Assembly (NCBI RefSeq): GCF_006345805.1
Contig: NC_043001.1
Location: 11,408,001 to 11,472,000 of the forward strand
Direction of reading: 5' to 3'
DNA length: 64,000 bases
Origin: Octopus sinensis
Taxonomy: Eukaryota
Below, in pieces: positions 24,337-37,477 of this stretch. Made by a program: the position numbers and the translations under genes. How positions within the stretch are numbered: position 1 is the stretch's first letter; each line of letters begins with the position of its first letter. The notes beneath the pieces were generated by a model that had not been told where the DNA came from, did no database searches, and worked only from the letters and a program-made list of their open reading frames with translations.

Positions 24337-25427
24337 GGAAAGAGAGAGAAGAGAGAGAGAGAGAGAGAAGAGAGAGATAGAGGATTATTTCAGTTTCTAT
24401 CAAATCCGTTAACAACGCTTTGGTTGACCCGAGGCTATATTAACGACAATTGCCCATGGTGCTATGGGTTGATACGGATGCCGGAACTCTGTTGTTGGGT
24501 AGCAAGCTTCTTTATTTCATTAAATTGGCCATAATGGCCTTACATAGAAAGAGAAGGAAGCTGCGGGCTGGACACAGAGATAATGTTATATGAGATGAAA
24601 AGTGAAAATGATGATTAATGGGGGAAACAAACAACGCCCGCTGATTGTTGTTTCCCCAAAACATTGCTCCCTTATTTATCATACATGAGGCAATAAACCT
24701 CTTACAAGTGTTCATAATTGTTCATTAAACCACAAAAATGAGGCACCACGCCTCGTACCTTGGTTAAAAACAGAATGAGGTTTCAACCCTCTTATCAGTT
24801 CACAATATCGAGGCTTTCCATCCTCTTACCCATAGTCCTCTTCAGTATCGCTTGTGACCCCGTACCCCGCCATTTCCCACGCCTCGCACATCGGCAAAAA
24901 GGGACCGATAGAATATGTACTAGGCTTAGAAGGAATCAATCATGCGATCGTTTTGCTGGACTAATAGGGGTGCTCCAGCATGGCCATAGTCAAGCTACCG
25001 AAGCAAGTAAAAGAAAATGTGAGGCATGCGTATGATTCATAACGGCAACAACTGATCAGATATGGAACAGGAAAAGAAGTATTTTTGTTTGTAATACAAT
25101 TTTAGCCATCCGTCAAGGTCGTCTTTGCCTTTCATATTTTCGGTACTAGTTGCATACTGGGGTCGATCAAATCGCCTGGCCCTCTCCCCCAAAATTTCGG
25201 GCCTCGTGCCTAGAGAAGAAAAGAATATTTATGCCAATCAAAATCACCAATTTGGCAAATTCACAGCATTTTGTGAGTATATACAGCTAGTTGCTTTCAT
25301 TCATTCTGCGAGGAGATAAAACTGATTTGTATTTCTGATGAGATTAAAATAAGGTCCGAAACCAATGAAGTGGATCCATTTTTTTCTGAGTGTGGAGAAA
25401 ATAAAAATATATTTATCAGAAATTTTC

Positions 25428-25828
25428 GAGTGGCTGTGTGGTAAGTAGCTTGCTAACCAACCCCATGGTTCCGGGTTCAGTCCCACTGCGTGGCACCTTG
25501 GGCAAGTGTCTTCTGCTATAGCCCCGGGCTGACCAATGTCTTGTGAGTGGATTTGGTAGACGGAAACTGAAAGAAGCCCGTCGTATATATGTATATATAT
25601 GTATGTATGTGTATGTTTGTGTGTCTGTGTTTGTCTCCCTAGCATTGCTTGACAACCGATGTTGGTGTGTTTACGTCCCCGTCACTTAGCGGTTCGGCAA
25701 AAGAGACCGATGGAATAAGTACTGGGCTTACAAAGAATAAGTCCCGGGGTCGATTTCCTCGACTAAAGGCGGTGCTCCAGCATGGCCGCAGTCAAATGAC
25801 TGAAACAAATAAAAGAGTAAAAAAGAGT
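25428..25828 (+). mobile_element. SINE family B (tRNA-derived, CORE-like segment), full length
   Basis: A-box-like tggctgtgtgg, B-box-like gggttcagtccc, CORE-like gcaccttgggcaagtg, internal microsatellite, tail (gtaaaaga)n. The resemblance to octopus OR2/CORE-SINEs is from recall. Confidence 0.88.
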
Positions 25829-26374
25829 ATAATCCAACGACGTCTTCGCAATACAAGACTGACATATCTGAGAATGAAAGCTGTTCAATGCACAATTACA
25901 TAAATATTAACAATCATCAACAAATCAACAAAGTTCTAATCGTAAGGCTTTGTTCAACGCGAGGTCACAGAAGAAAACACTTAGCTAGGCTGCCTGCAGG
26001 CTGGTATCGAACTTGGAACAACTACGTGATTATTAAAACTTACTTCTTCTTAACCATAGTAACATAGCTACGCTGAAAATGGTTAATTTCCAAGAATGTA
26101 TAGTCTCAAACTTTACAACATATATCATAAACCAAAGATCCAAATTAGAAAAGAAACAAACATAAAAACAGATTCGAAGATGATTTATGTTAGCCAGTCA
26201 AAAGTTGAGATGTAAATAGCTTTATTTCCTCCGGACAGAAGAAGCAACAGAAATTGGTGAGTAAATTACAAATAATTTACTCACGAATAATTTACTTATT
26301 GTTGCTGAAAAACATATAATAGACTTTATAAATTGTTTCACTATTAACACAACAGAGGGAGGGAGGGAGGGATG

Positions 26375-27170
26375 TGGCAGAAACGTTAGCACGCCGGGCA
26401 AATTGCGTAGCGGAATTTCGTCTGCCATTACGTTGTGAGTTCGAATTCCGCCGAGGTCGACTTTTCCTTTCATCCTTTCGGGGTCGATAAATTAAGTACC
26501 AGTTACGCACTGGGGTCGATGTAATCGACTTAATACCTATGTCTGTCCTTGTTTGTCCTCTCTGTGTTTAGCCCCTTGTGGGTAGTAAAGAAATAGGTAT
26601 TCCGTCTGTCTTTACGTTCTGAGTTCACATTCCGCCAAGGTCGACTTTGCCTTTCATCCTTTCGGGGTCGATTAAATAAGCACCAATTACGCACTGGGGC
26701 GATATAATCAACGTAATCTGTTTGTCTGTCGTTGTTTATCCTCTCTGTATTTAGCCCTTTGTGGGTAGTAAAGAAATAGGTATTTTGTCTGTCGCTGCGT
26801 TCTGAGTTCAAATTCCGCCGAGGTCCACTTTACCTTTCATCCTTTCGGGGTCGATAAATTAAGTAGCAGTTACGCACTGGGGTCGATATGATCGACGTAA
26901 TCCGTTTGTCTGTCCTTGTTTGTCTGTCCTTCTGTGTTTAGCCCCTTGTGGGCAATAAAGAAATAAGAATCGCTAGCATGCCGAACAAAATGCTTAGCGG
27001 CATTACCATTCGCCTTTAGATTCTTAGTTGAAATTCTGCTACCATCGACTTTGCCCTTCATCCATTTCGGGGTCGATAAACTAAGTACTAGTGTGACACT
27101 GGGGTCGGTGTAATCGACTGGTCCCCTCCCCACAAAATGTCAAGCCTTGTGCTTTTAGTAGAAAGGATTA
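26375..27170 (+). mobile_element. SINE family A, 4 cores
   Basis: Head-X-T1-X-T1-X-T1-(half head)-X-T2. Confidence 0.88.
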
Positions 27171-27229
27171 TTACTGTAAGTATTATCATTATTATTATTA
27201 TTTGGCGGCGTGCTGCCAGAATCATTAGC

Positions 27230-27310
27230 ACCTACCTACCTACCTACCTGCTTGCCTGGCTACGTGCCTGCCTGTGTGCTCGCCTGCCTGCCTATCAATC
27301 TATCTGTCTG

Positions 27311-27362
<52 letters not shown>

Positions 27363-27714
27363 CCTATTTATCTATCTGTCTATCTGTCTGTCTATCTGTC
27401 TGTCTATCTGTCTGTCTGTCTATCTGTCTGTCTATCTATCTATCTATCTATCCGTCCGTCTGTCTGTCTGTCTGTTCGTACATATCCGTGTATATGTACG
27501 GCTATGTGCTCCAAATGTATGCGTGGCTATATACACAAATATGCTTATACATATGGTATATATGTAATAATATATCTATGTATATATATATATACGTATA
27601 CATAAATGTGTGTATATATATATATATATACGTATACATAAATGTGTGTGTATATATATGTATATATATATATATATAACAATAGCAACAACAACAATAA
27701 TGATAATAATAATA

Positions 27715-27745
<31 letters not shown>

Positions 27746-27775
27746 TAATAATAGTGAACGTGCTTTAGTCAACAC
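27230..27775. repeat. (ACCT)n/(ATCT)n/(GTCT)n/(AT)n/(AAT)n microsatellites
   Basis: Seen directly. Confidence 0.9.
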
Positions 27776-27964
27776 ACTAATTCAGATACAGCCATTAGTT
27801 TCCCCAAAACACACACACTCACACACATACACACACACGCGCGCACACACACATAGTCATACGTGCAAAAACTCAAGAATGGCTACTAGAATACTTGCGT
27901 AGCTGCATATTTTCTTTTGCATGGCATATAGACTCTTATACATGTATGTACATAAATATGTAAT

Positions 27965-28175
27965 TCTGCAGGAGGACTTAAACGACATGCAAAGGTACAT
28001 GAAGCCCAGTTACAACAATTACAGCCGACCTATTGCCGGTAAAGTTTTTAGCTGACGATTCTGTACAAGACATTGTAGATCTTTAGCTGGGCTAAAATGT
28101 CACATTCGATCACAGCACCAATAACAGTTAAGCTTCGTGCAATGGCCATACTCGATAACGAGGGGTCAGCCATCA
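27965..28175 (+). mobile_element. RTE-like LINE 3' end (terminal C2H2-type finger and short 3' UTR)
   Basis: RFCTRHCRSLAGLKCHIRSQHQ-stop, then ggccatactcgataacgaggggtcagccatcat. Confidence 0.55.
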
Positions 28176-28647
28176 TATGTATACGTACTTGTACGTCTAT
28201 AAGATATTCTCTCGTTTCTGCCCTTATTCACCTCAGCCTTCTTCCCATCTACTGGCTGGTTTTCTAGCTTCTTCGCTTTCCGCTCAATGTCCTCCACGTA
28301 CACTTGTTAATCTCTCCAACCCCAAAACACGCCCCCTCCACTTCTTTAACTCCTATATTCCTTCCTTCCCTCACACCTGTTCTTTCACTTTCCTTTCCAG
28401 CTCTTTCTTTCTTCCTCTTTCTCTTAAACAAATCTCATTTATTCTCCCTTGAGCAACTCTAGACATTACATCGTTTTTCGACAACTGTTTATTTCAGAAA
28501 TGTCAGACTTCTCTTCTTTCTCACGGCTTAAATTCTATTTAACTGTCTAAACCATTTCTTTTCATAACAACTGTTGCTGGAGTAACGGCACCGTTCCTAT
28601 ATACTGAAATTACTATTCTATAGATACTTCCAGTATCATAACTACTT

Positions 28648-29214
28648 AATTACTACCCACACGGGGCGAAACACAGAAGGAACAAACAAGGACAGACACA
28701 GGGATTTATTCGATTACATCGACTTCAGTGCGTAACTGGTATTTAATTTATCGACCCCGACAGGATGAAATGAAAAGTCGACCCCGGCGGAATTTGATCA
28801 GAACGTAAACACAGAAGAAATACCCATTTCTTTACTACCCACATGGGGCTAAACACAGAGGGGACAAACAAGGACAGACAAACGGATTAAGTCGATTATA
28901 TCGTCCCCAGTGCGTAACTGGTACTTATTTAATCGACCACGAAAGGATGAAATGCAAAGTCGACCTCGGCGGAATTTGAACTCAGAACGTAAAGACAGAC
29001 GGAATACCCATTTCTTTACTACCCACAAGGGGCTAAACACAGAGGGGACAAACAAGGACAGACAAACGGATTAAGTCGATTATATCGTCCCCAGTGCGTA
29101 ACTGGTACTTAATTTATCGACCCCGGCGGAATTTGAACTCAGAACGTAGCGGCAGACGAAATAGGGCTACGCATTTCGCCTGGCGTGCTAATGTTTTTGC
29201 CATCTCGCCGCCTT
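28648..29214 (-). mobile_element. SINE family A, 3 units
   Basis: Three tails and one head; TSD-like tccagtatca on both sides. Confidence 0.88.
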
Positions 29215-29487
29215 ATCCAGTATCACACCTCCTCATATGAAATCTCTAAATCACGGATATTCATTAAATTGGGAGCCACAGAATTCTGCTTTAAATGTGT
29301 TGATAAAAACTGCGTTGCCTGGTTTTCGTTCGTCAGAGGTTATACCTTAGAGACAAAAATAGCTCAAGAAATGCAAATTTTGTGACTGTATTTGGAAAAC
29401 ATGTTCTAATTTGTTATGCAGCATCTCGTATAGTGTATTTTTCGGATAAGCAAAATTCCATCTTTTTCCACATTTAATTGGGATATG

Positions 29488-29896
29488 CTCTTTACTCTTT
29501 TACTCTTTCACTTGTTTAAGTCATTTCACAGCGGCCATGCTGGAGCACCGTCTTTAGTCGAGCAAATCGACTCCGGGACTTACTCTTTGTAAGCTTAGTA
29601 CTCATTCTATCGGACACTTTTGCCGAACCGCTAAGTGACGGGGACATAAACACACCAGCATCGGTTGTCAAACAATGCTAGAGGGACAAACACGGACACA
29701 CAAACATACACACGCATATATATATATATACACGACGGGCTTCTTTCAGTTTCCATCTACCAAATCCACTCACAAGGCTTTGGTCGGCCCGAGGCCATAG
29801 TAGAAGGCACTTGTCCAAGGTGCCACGCAGTGGGACTGAACCCGGACCCATGTGGTTGGTAAGCAATCTACTTACCACACAGTCACACCTGCGCCT
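29488..29896 (-). mobile_element. SINE family B, full length
   Basis: Reverse complement of the B consensus. Confidence 0.88.
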
Positions 29897-30218
29897 ATGT
29901 TAATATTTTTATTTAATATATACTCTGACGTCCAGTTTAATTGAGATAGAGGGGTCTCTGTTTTGCTTGTGTATATATCTGACAGAGTACAAGTGTTCAG
30001 TGAAACATTTATCGAAGAAGTTTTTAATGAGGCCGCTATAATCTCATTGCCGTCTGCTGAAGATATTTCAGCTCTATGTTCTATGGCGTTTTACGTTTAT
30101 TCATTGAGCGGGAAGACAAATTGTGTGTGGTGTATGATTATCTGTATATGTGTCATGGATATATTCAATAACTCATGCCTTTCATAACCAGAATTGCATT
30201 CAACGCATTAATTTATTA

Positions 30219-30589
30219 CTAGTAGTATCGCCCGGCGTTGCTCGGGTTTGTTTCGACCCTTTAGAATTAAAATTTATGAAAAGTAAAAATTTTGCATTAT
30301 GTAGCTTGTTATTCTCTGAAATACACAGAAAAATGGCGACACATCAGTCAAAAAGTCATTAAAGATAGGGATTTTCATAGCAAAAAAAAAGCACCTTTTT
30401 GACGTAAATAATTTTTGGTCATAATATGGTCCGATTTGAATTTTATCTTCTACGGAATAAAGAGCAAACCTTCTTCTATCATACTCTCAATTTTGGTCAA
30501 CTTGCATCGTAGGGTCTCGGAGGAGATAGTGTTAGTTGAAGGCTACCAAACCTGCCACACAGACAGCTTCAGCTTTATATATAGAGAGA
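30219..30589 (-). mobile_element. Non-autonomous Helitron
   Basis: On minus: A|TC 5' end (tctctctatatataaagc), subterminal GC hairpin cccgagcaacgccggg, 3' CTAG|T; no TSD. Confidence 0.75.
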
Positions 30590-31067
30590 TAAGTACTAAC
30601 ACTTACATCACTTTGATGCCTAATTTTAATACAGACATGCAATGTTTTCTGTACCTTTTATCTCATTGCGGTTGCTGTTTATTTCCAGATGAACGATTAC
30701 CCAATAGACCTACGGACACAATCGTCCTAACCGTAGGAATCCTGTTTATTTGGGGTTATTCTTCATTTTAACCAACTTGCACTTCATTTTTGCAAGACAG
30801 TAACATTTGAGTTTTGAAAGCGATCTAGTTGCTCGTGATATCGATGGCGATATTGTGTTTGAGATGTTGCTTCACTTTAGCCACGAGTCAGGATTGAATA
30901 AAATGTCTCACGATTAAGTGTTCCAGCGATGACCATCCACTTGTAGTGTTATTCTTAGCACTCTGTAACTTGTATGAGTAGCTGTCCCTTTGGTTTCTTT
31001 AATGCTTCAGCAACAACCAATCGATCTTGATTATAATTACAAGTTCTCTCTTAACTGATTAATACAC

Positions 31068-31515
31068 TTTTTACTCTTTTACTCTTTTACTTGTTTCAGT
31101 CATTTGACTGCGGCCATACTGGAGCACCACCTTTAATCGAACGAATCGACCGAAGGACTTATTCTTTGGAAGCCTAGTACTTATTCTATGGGTATCTTTC
31201 ACCGAACCGCTAAGTTACGGGAGCGTAAACACACCAATATCGGTTGTCAAGCGATTTTGGGGATGGGGGACAAACACAGACAGACAGATAGACACACACA
31301 CACACACACACAACACACACACACACACACATATATATATACATGTATATACAACGGGCTTCTTTCTGGTTCCGTCTACCAAATCCACTCACAAGGCTTT
31401 GGTCGGCCCGAGGCTATGGTAGAAGACACTTACCCAAGGTGCCACGCAGTGGGACCGAACCCAAAACCATGTGGTTGGTAAGCAAGCTGCTAACCACACA
31501 GCCACTCCTGCGCCT
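31068..31515 (-). mobile_element. SINE family B, full length
   Basis: Reverse complement of the B consensus. Confidence 0.88.
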
Positions 31516-32564
31516 AATATAATTCACAAAATTTATATTTTCTTGGCTTGTATTACATAGTTGAATATTATTCCAGTGTAGTTTATTTAATCTCACTTTT
31601 AATCTAAAGATATACTAAATGCTTTCTTAAATCATTCGAAATATGAATGGTATGTCCACATTTCCTCTTTTCAATCATTCTCAATTTTCAATCATTTACA
31701 TTTCTTCATTTTTTTTGTTATTTCCTAATATTTCGGTTTTAAATGTTGAAGTTTCTAAATTATGACTTTATAGTAGGAAAATATTTAATCGTTATAATTT
31801 GAGACACCAAAATATAAAAAAGGAAAGATTGAAGAAAAAAAACAGAATAAGAATCGTCCACCAATAAGAATTTGAATAATAATAAAAAAAAAACAAAAAA
31901 ACACTTGAAGTGAAAGTCCTTCGCTTGCAATAATTCAAAAGTGAGGATTATAATCTAAAACGAAGAAATACTGTGCCGTCTCATAACTCTGATAACAATC
32001 GTAACTTATAAACCTCGATAGCTGGGAAATATTAGGGAAACAAACTTTATTATGAAACTGATCGAAATCTGGACAGTAGCATCTCTGCACGGATCGGTTT
32101 GGTGGTGGACGATGTCAAACATTATCTCTGACACCAGGTCGTTGGGTTATTAAAGTTGTACGACTTCTGTCGTTAAACTGAATAATATCAACATGCAATG
32201 CTTTTATGACTTGCCGGTCAATAAATGCTCACATATAAGTTGTTCTATATCATAGCATCTGACAGGTCTCGGAATAAATTTACTGGATGTTAAATCTATA
32301 TCAGTATTATTGTTTGCGTTTAGCTGTAGGTCTTCCCAAATCGAGCAGACCTCTGATCGAAAGCATTCTAACCATGTCTTTGCTATTTATGTTTCATGTA
32401 CTTACAAAACTACATCATTCAATCATTAAAGGCGTTTGGCCGTGCCTAGGGGTAGTTTGGTTCTGACTTTTAATAGGTACCGTAGAGGCTTCTCCATTTG
32501 TTCCTGTTGCTAATGATATCTAATGCAGAGGCCACAACTTTTAGGGGCGGATATAATCGTTTAA

Positions 32565-32787
32565 CCCATTAAGTCCCACTGTCCTATAAATAGGATACTA
32601 AATGAGGACATTAAATAAGCTATATCACATTGTCCCAGTGTCCTATTTATAGGACACCGAGTATTTCCATTTCTATTTGACGTAAAGGAGTTCTAATAAT
32701 TATTTTTTTCATTTTAACCTATTTTCAATCATCTGTAAAAAATTAAAAGTAATATTCAGAAATTTAAGTCCTGTGGGACTTAATGGT
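32565..32787. mobile_element. piggyBac-type MITE
   Basis: TTAA|cccattaagtcccac ... gtgggacttaatggt|TTCA (15-bp TIR with 1 mismatch, degenerate TTAA TSD). Confidence 0.65.
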
Positions 32788-32920
32788 TTCAACCGGTATT
32801 TTCGAATTAACCCTAAAATGGAACTAAATAGCCAACAGTGACCGGCCGGACTTGAACTCGGAACGTAAATTCGAAGGAAAAACTGTAATTTAATATATCT
32901 ATGGAACATATACAGAAAGA

Positions 32921-33152
32921 CGAGGTGGCGAGCTGGCAGAGACGTTAGCGCGCCGGGCGAAATGCTTAGCCATATTTCGTCTGCCGTTACGTTCTGAGTT
33001 CAAATTCCGCCGAGGTCGACTTTGCCTTTCATCCTTTCGGGGTCGATAAAACAAGTACCAGTTGCATACTGGGGTCGATGTAATCAACTTAATCCGTTTG
33101 TCTGTCCTTGTTTGTCCCCTCTATGTTTCGCCCCTTGTGGGTAATAAAGAAA
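32921..33152 (+). mobile_element. SINE family A monomer
   Basis: Head, core and T1 tail. Confidence 0.88.
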
Positions 33153-33440
33153 TATATACAGAAAAATCTGTTTGTGAAAATCTATTAAAGCCTGTTTGTC
33201 TTTCGTATTTCGCCTCAGATACTATTTAAGACATCTTTGTAAAACACTTAATCTGTTCTGTGCTTTCGCTTTTCTTTTCATGGCTAAATTTGATGACTAA
33301 TTTTGAATTCTAATTCAATTACACTTTATTTCAATACTTTCTAGGCTGTACGAAATATGGTGAGGCGTTTTTCAGTCAGAAACTCTACCGGTTCTACATA
33401 GCATTGCTCGTGGTTGTTTAAATGAAAATTGTTTTATAAT

Positions 33441-34019
33441 CTAGGCACAAGGCCCGAAATTTTTGGGGAAGGGCCCAGTCGATTAGATCGACTCCAGTAC
33501 GTAACTGGTACTTAATTTATCGACCCCGACAGGATGAAATGAAAAGTCAGTCTCGGCAGAATCTGAACTCAGAACGTAAAGACAAACGAAATACCTGTTT
33601 CTACTTCTTTACTACCCACAAGGGGCTAAACACAGAGAGGACAAACAAAAACAGACAAAGGGATTAAGTCGATTATATCGACCCCATTGCGTAACTGGTA
33701 CTTATTCATTCGACCCCGAAAGGATGAAAGGCAAAGTCGACCTCGGTGGAATTTGAACTCAGAACGTAACGACAGACGAAATACCTATTTCTTTACTACC
33801 CACAAGGGGCTAAACACAGAGGGGACAAACAAGGACAGACAAACGGATTAAGTCGATTACATCGACCCCAGTGCGTAACTGGTACTTATTTTAATTGACC
33901 CCGAAAGGATGAAAGGCAAAGTCGACCTCGGCGGAATTTGAACTCAGAACATAGCGGCAGACGAAATACCGTTAAGCATTTCGCCCGGCGCGCTAACGTT
34001 TCTGCCAACTCACTGCCTT
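33441..34019 (-). mobile_element. SINE family A, 3 cores with alternative tail
   Basis: Head-X-T1-X-T1-X-T2 on minus. Confidence 0.88.
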
Positions 34020-34889
34020 GTTGTTAATTCAATAGCGACACAAAAAGCCTGCTCGTATTTCAAAACTCGTATTTTGATATCAATCCACAATAACATCTGC
34101 TAGGTCATATCTTGTTTGGCATTAAAGATACAAAACAGGTGCCCTTCAATAACGATTGAAACTTCCATTAGTTTATTTGCAGTAGTAGTAATAGCAGCAG
34201 CAACATCAACAGCAGTAGTATTAGTAGTAGTAGTAACCGTTGATGATGATGGTATTTAACCCTTGGTCAATCCAGCTTGCTACGATACAATTCATCTTGT
34301 TTTCAAGTGTGACTATATGTTTCGTATGAATTGGTGGAGATTTTCGAGTTCAAATCCCTCAGGGGTGAACTTCATTTTTTCGTTGGGCAGGGGTGGTCCA
34401 TAAAAGGTACACTAGTGAAAGATGGTTAATTGACGGAACTGTAAACACAGCGCAGCGGATGCCTTGTGGCATTCGATGCGTTCTGAGTTCAAATCCCACC
34501 ACGGTCTACTTGAGTTGTAGACTTTTCCGTCGCCTGGTTTCACATCACCAACTAGAGTTGTGTTTACGTTTAAGAAAATCTACCCCGTTTTAAGCATTGG
34601 ACCCTGGATTCCGGTTTATGGATATCTTCCTCCCTCCGCTCCTCCCCCTACCCGATTCACACTAGCCTTGAAGCCTCTGTAAGGGGCATTGAGTACTGAT
34701 ATTCCGCCTGGTTAAAGATAAAACACAATTGCATGCAGGACTATATATAATTAAACATTTTAGAAAGAATCTATGGTATTCTATGAGGAAAGTTTGGCTG
34801 CTATTTCAAGAAATTTAAGCGATTATGTCATACAGACCGATAGAATAAACGTAGGAGTCGCTGTGTGGTAAGTAGCTTGCTTACTGCGC

Positions 34890-36470
34890 ATGCGTTAGTA
34901 GGTTACATCCAGACTGAATGCTGTTAAGACGTGCTTTCGCAGCTGTCTTGAAGCGGAGAACTTTTGAAGGCGCGACTGTAAGTAGGCCACTGATTTGGGG
35001 GGATTTAATAGGGTTTTGTAATTTGATATTGTTTTTCTTTTTACAAATAAGAAATCCTCACTGGGTACCGGACATTTGTCTGCCTGCAGTTCGCGCTAAG
35101 TGACTCACTTTGTGAGAATTGTTATTTTGGGGGCGTATCTCACCTCCGAAAAATTGTGAAATATTTTGGAAAATTCAACCAATTTCTGGCGGATGTCTTT
35201 GTGTTCCTGCGGCTGTGACCCTAGAATACCTTTTTGGAGTACCTTGTTTTGGGTGTACCTTGTTGGCCAGGATTACCGGGTGGCCAGAATTGTATGTTGC
35301 TGTGACTTGAACTGTCTCCCTTCTTTCTTTTCCTCTGCTCTGTCTTTATGTTCATTTTTTGTTTTTATATTACTTTATTTAGACTTTTTGTTGTGAACTA
35401 TTTATTGGACTTTTTTCTGCAAGCATGGCAAAGAGGGTAAAAACTGCGTTGGACTGGGAGATTGTCCCATCCAAGCAGTGGTTAAGAGACTTAAATGAGA
35501 GAACAGTGGTGTTGAGGACTTATTCTAAGTCACTCGACACCATTACTGTCTTTCCCAAAGTTGAAATTGGAAAAGAGTTGGCAGAATATCCACCAGCTAT
35601 TAAGTTTATTGCAAGGATGTTAAGTACACGACGGTGTGGTTGCTATTGGACACCTCTGAGGTGGCTCCCAAGTTTGCGAGCCAGCCCTTAGAAAGGCAAC
35701 AGATTCTGTTTCTTCACATTAAAAAACTGTCCCTAGGACCAAGGTGAAGTCCTGGAGCAGTAAATAAAAGTAGCGCCCCCACTGCCCCATTGGGGGGAAA
35801 GATGGAAGTAGTCGAGGAGGTGGAGACCTCCTCGAAAAAAGGAAAAATGGAAGAAGTTGGGCAACAACGGTTGCCCACCGAAGGACCCTAAAGCTGCAGG
35901 AGGGAGGGAAGATCCTTCTGATAAAACGGAGGTACCACATCCTCCTGTAGCTCAAGGGAGGTAAAAAAAGGAAAAAAACAAAGAACGGGACATTGCCGGC
36001 GCTTGATAGTGGACTGCCGGAATGTCGTGAAACCTCGTCGATGGTAATTGTGCCACAGTGGAAATTGTGGCTCCTCCAAGTGCATTGACGAATGATTTTG
36101 TGATCTTCCATAAGGGAGGGGCGATTTAGAGCTTCATAAGGAAGCTAGAGGGCCGGAGGGAGGGGGCCTTGCCCATGACTGACGACCCGGATTGGCTTTC
36201 GCAGTTACCTGCAGAGGTCCTAACGGACGTTTAAATGTTCAGGGTGATGGACTCCTTTTCGAAGAGCCAGTATAGGTTTGTCTTTTGGGGCACCAACCTA
36301 GAACTACAGGATTTCCTGCAGGAGGCATATGGCCTGGTAGAAGAGAGAGGAAAGAAGCCCTTATTGTCTCGATTTTTATTGTTACATTGTTTGTATTCTT
36401 TGGTAAGAGGCCCAGCGCCTCAATTTGTAAAGCCGATTGCGTCAATTATTATTGAACTGAGGTAAGAGGT
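34890..36470 (+). mobile_element. Probable decayed L1/Tx1-like 5' UTR and ORF1 region
   Basis: GC-richer block with an AAGACGTG motif near its start; broken ORF starting MAKRVKTALDWEIVPSKQWLRDLNERTVVLRTYSK. The family assignment is from recall and from the adjacent L1/Tx1-like RT piece. Confidence 0.4.
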
Positions 36471-36809
36471 TTAATACCTCATTTGGTTTTTTTTTTAAAT
36501 AAACGAACGATGTTTTCGAGAATGCGGCAATCTGCTGGCGTTGTTGCTTTTCTCATCAACCATTTCTTTCATTTCATCATCATCGTGTCCTCGTCCAGAC
36601 GCAGCTACATGATGGCAAAATAAGACATGTTGTTGTAATAAGGTTTGTGAGGTTACGATGGCTGTAAGACAGACCATGTCATTAATGGTCATAGCCACGG
36701 TGATGGTCATAATGTTGGTGTTGCTGAACATGATTGTGAACATAGCTTTCACTGTCATCGTAATATATCGATTTGGGTCTGGTAATGGGAAGCAGGAGGC
36801 TGGATTAGA

Positions 36810-37050
36810 AACTAGAATTTCTAGTGCTGGCTCAATATTGCACCAGCTTTCAGTATTCGATACTCTGAAGTGCAGAGGTTGACAAAAAATCCGAAACCGG
36901 ATTGCTAGCTCGAATTCAGTTTTCATCCTCCTCACAAGTTCGTCCACGTCCCGTGCCAACCTTTTTGCTAACACCTTGGGAAAAATCTTTAAATCTGTGT
37001 TTAGTAGAGTGGTGGGCCGGAAGTTACTAATCTCGTCCTATCCTTAGTTA
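36810..37050 (-). mobile_element. L1/Tx1-like RT fragment
   Basis: RISNFRPTTLLNTDLKIFPKVLAKRLARDVDELV matches the RT domain 0/1 pattern xRPIxLLNxDxKIxxKxLAxRL. Confidence 0.7.
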
Positions 37051-37477
37051 TGGTCATGAATGGTCATGAATGATGAGTAACGACCGGAAGAGTTTGATCA
37101 TGTATACAAGCAGCCAAAATAGGGGTTCTCCGAAAGTAAACATTACACGATAGGATACGTTCCTTGCAGAGCAGATCAAGCCGCTACTTCTCCACAATGA
37201 GAGACCACATCTCCGGTTCTACGGACGTATGATTAGAAAAACGATTCACCGACAAGATAGCTGGATAATATCTATAGTCTTAGTTGATCTCATCGGCAAT
37301 CCAGTTGGAAAGTGTAATAGCGGTTGCATCTGATATAGCGCCTGGAGAGAGGATGCCTGAGGACTCTTCCCACACTTCCCAAACGTCCTGGAATAGTGAG
37401 AAAAGAAAATGGATTGCGGGATTGATGGATCAGGTAATGGAGGATTATATCGGTAACATTGGTCTTGGCATGTTTGT

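Noticed and set aside
25335-25362. CTGATGA...GAAAC candidate hammerhead
   Set aside because: Stem II pairing is poor, and there is no UH triplet or stem I partner after GAAAC; at best a decayed relic.
28177-28452. Possible exon (VYVEDIERKAKKLEN... on minus)
   Set aside because: No polypyrimidine tract or recognisable domain; short open stretch in purine-biased sequence.
36495-36974. 159-aa ORF as a host gene
   Set aside because: The N-terminal part is a frameshifted LINE RT remnant and the rest is low-complexity Met/Thr/Ile sequence; no supported splice structure.
37100-37450. RTE RT C-terminus on plus (HLRFYGRM...)
   Set aside because: A single weak motif with many stops; too little support to list as a feature.
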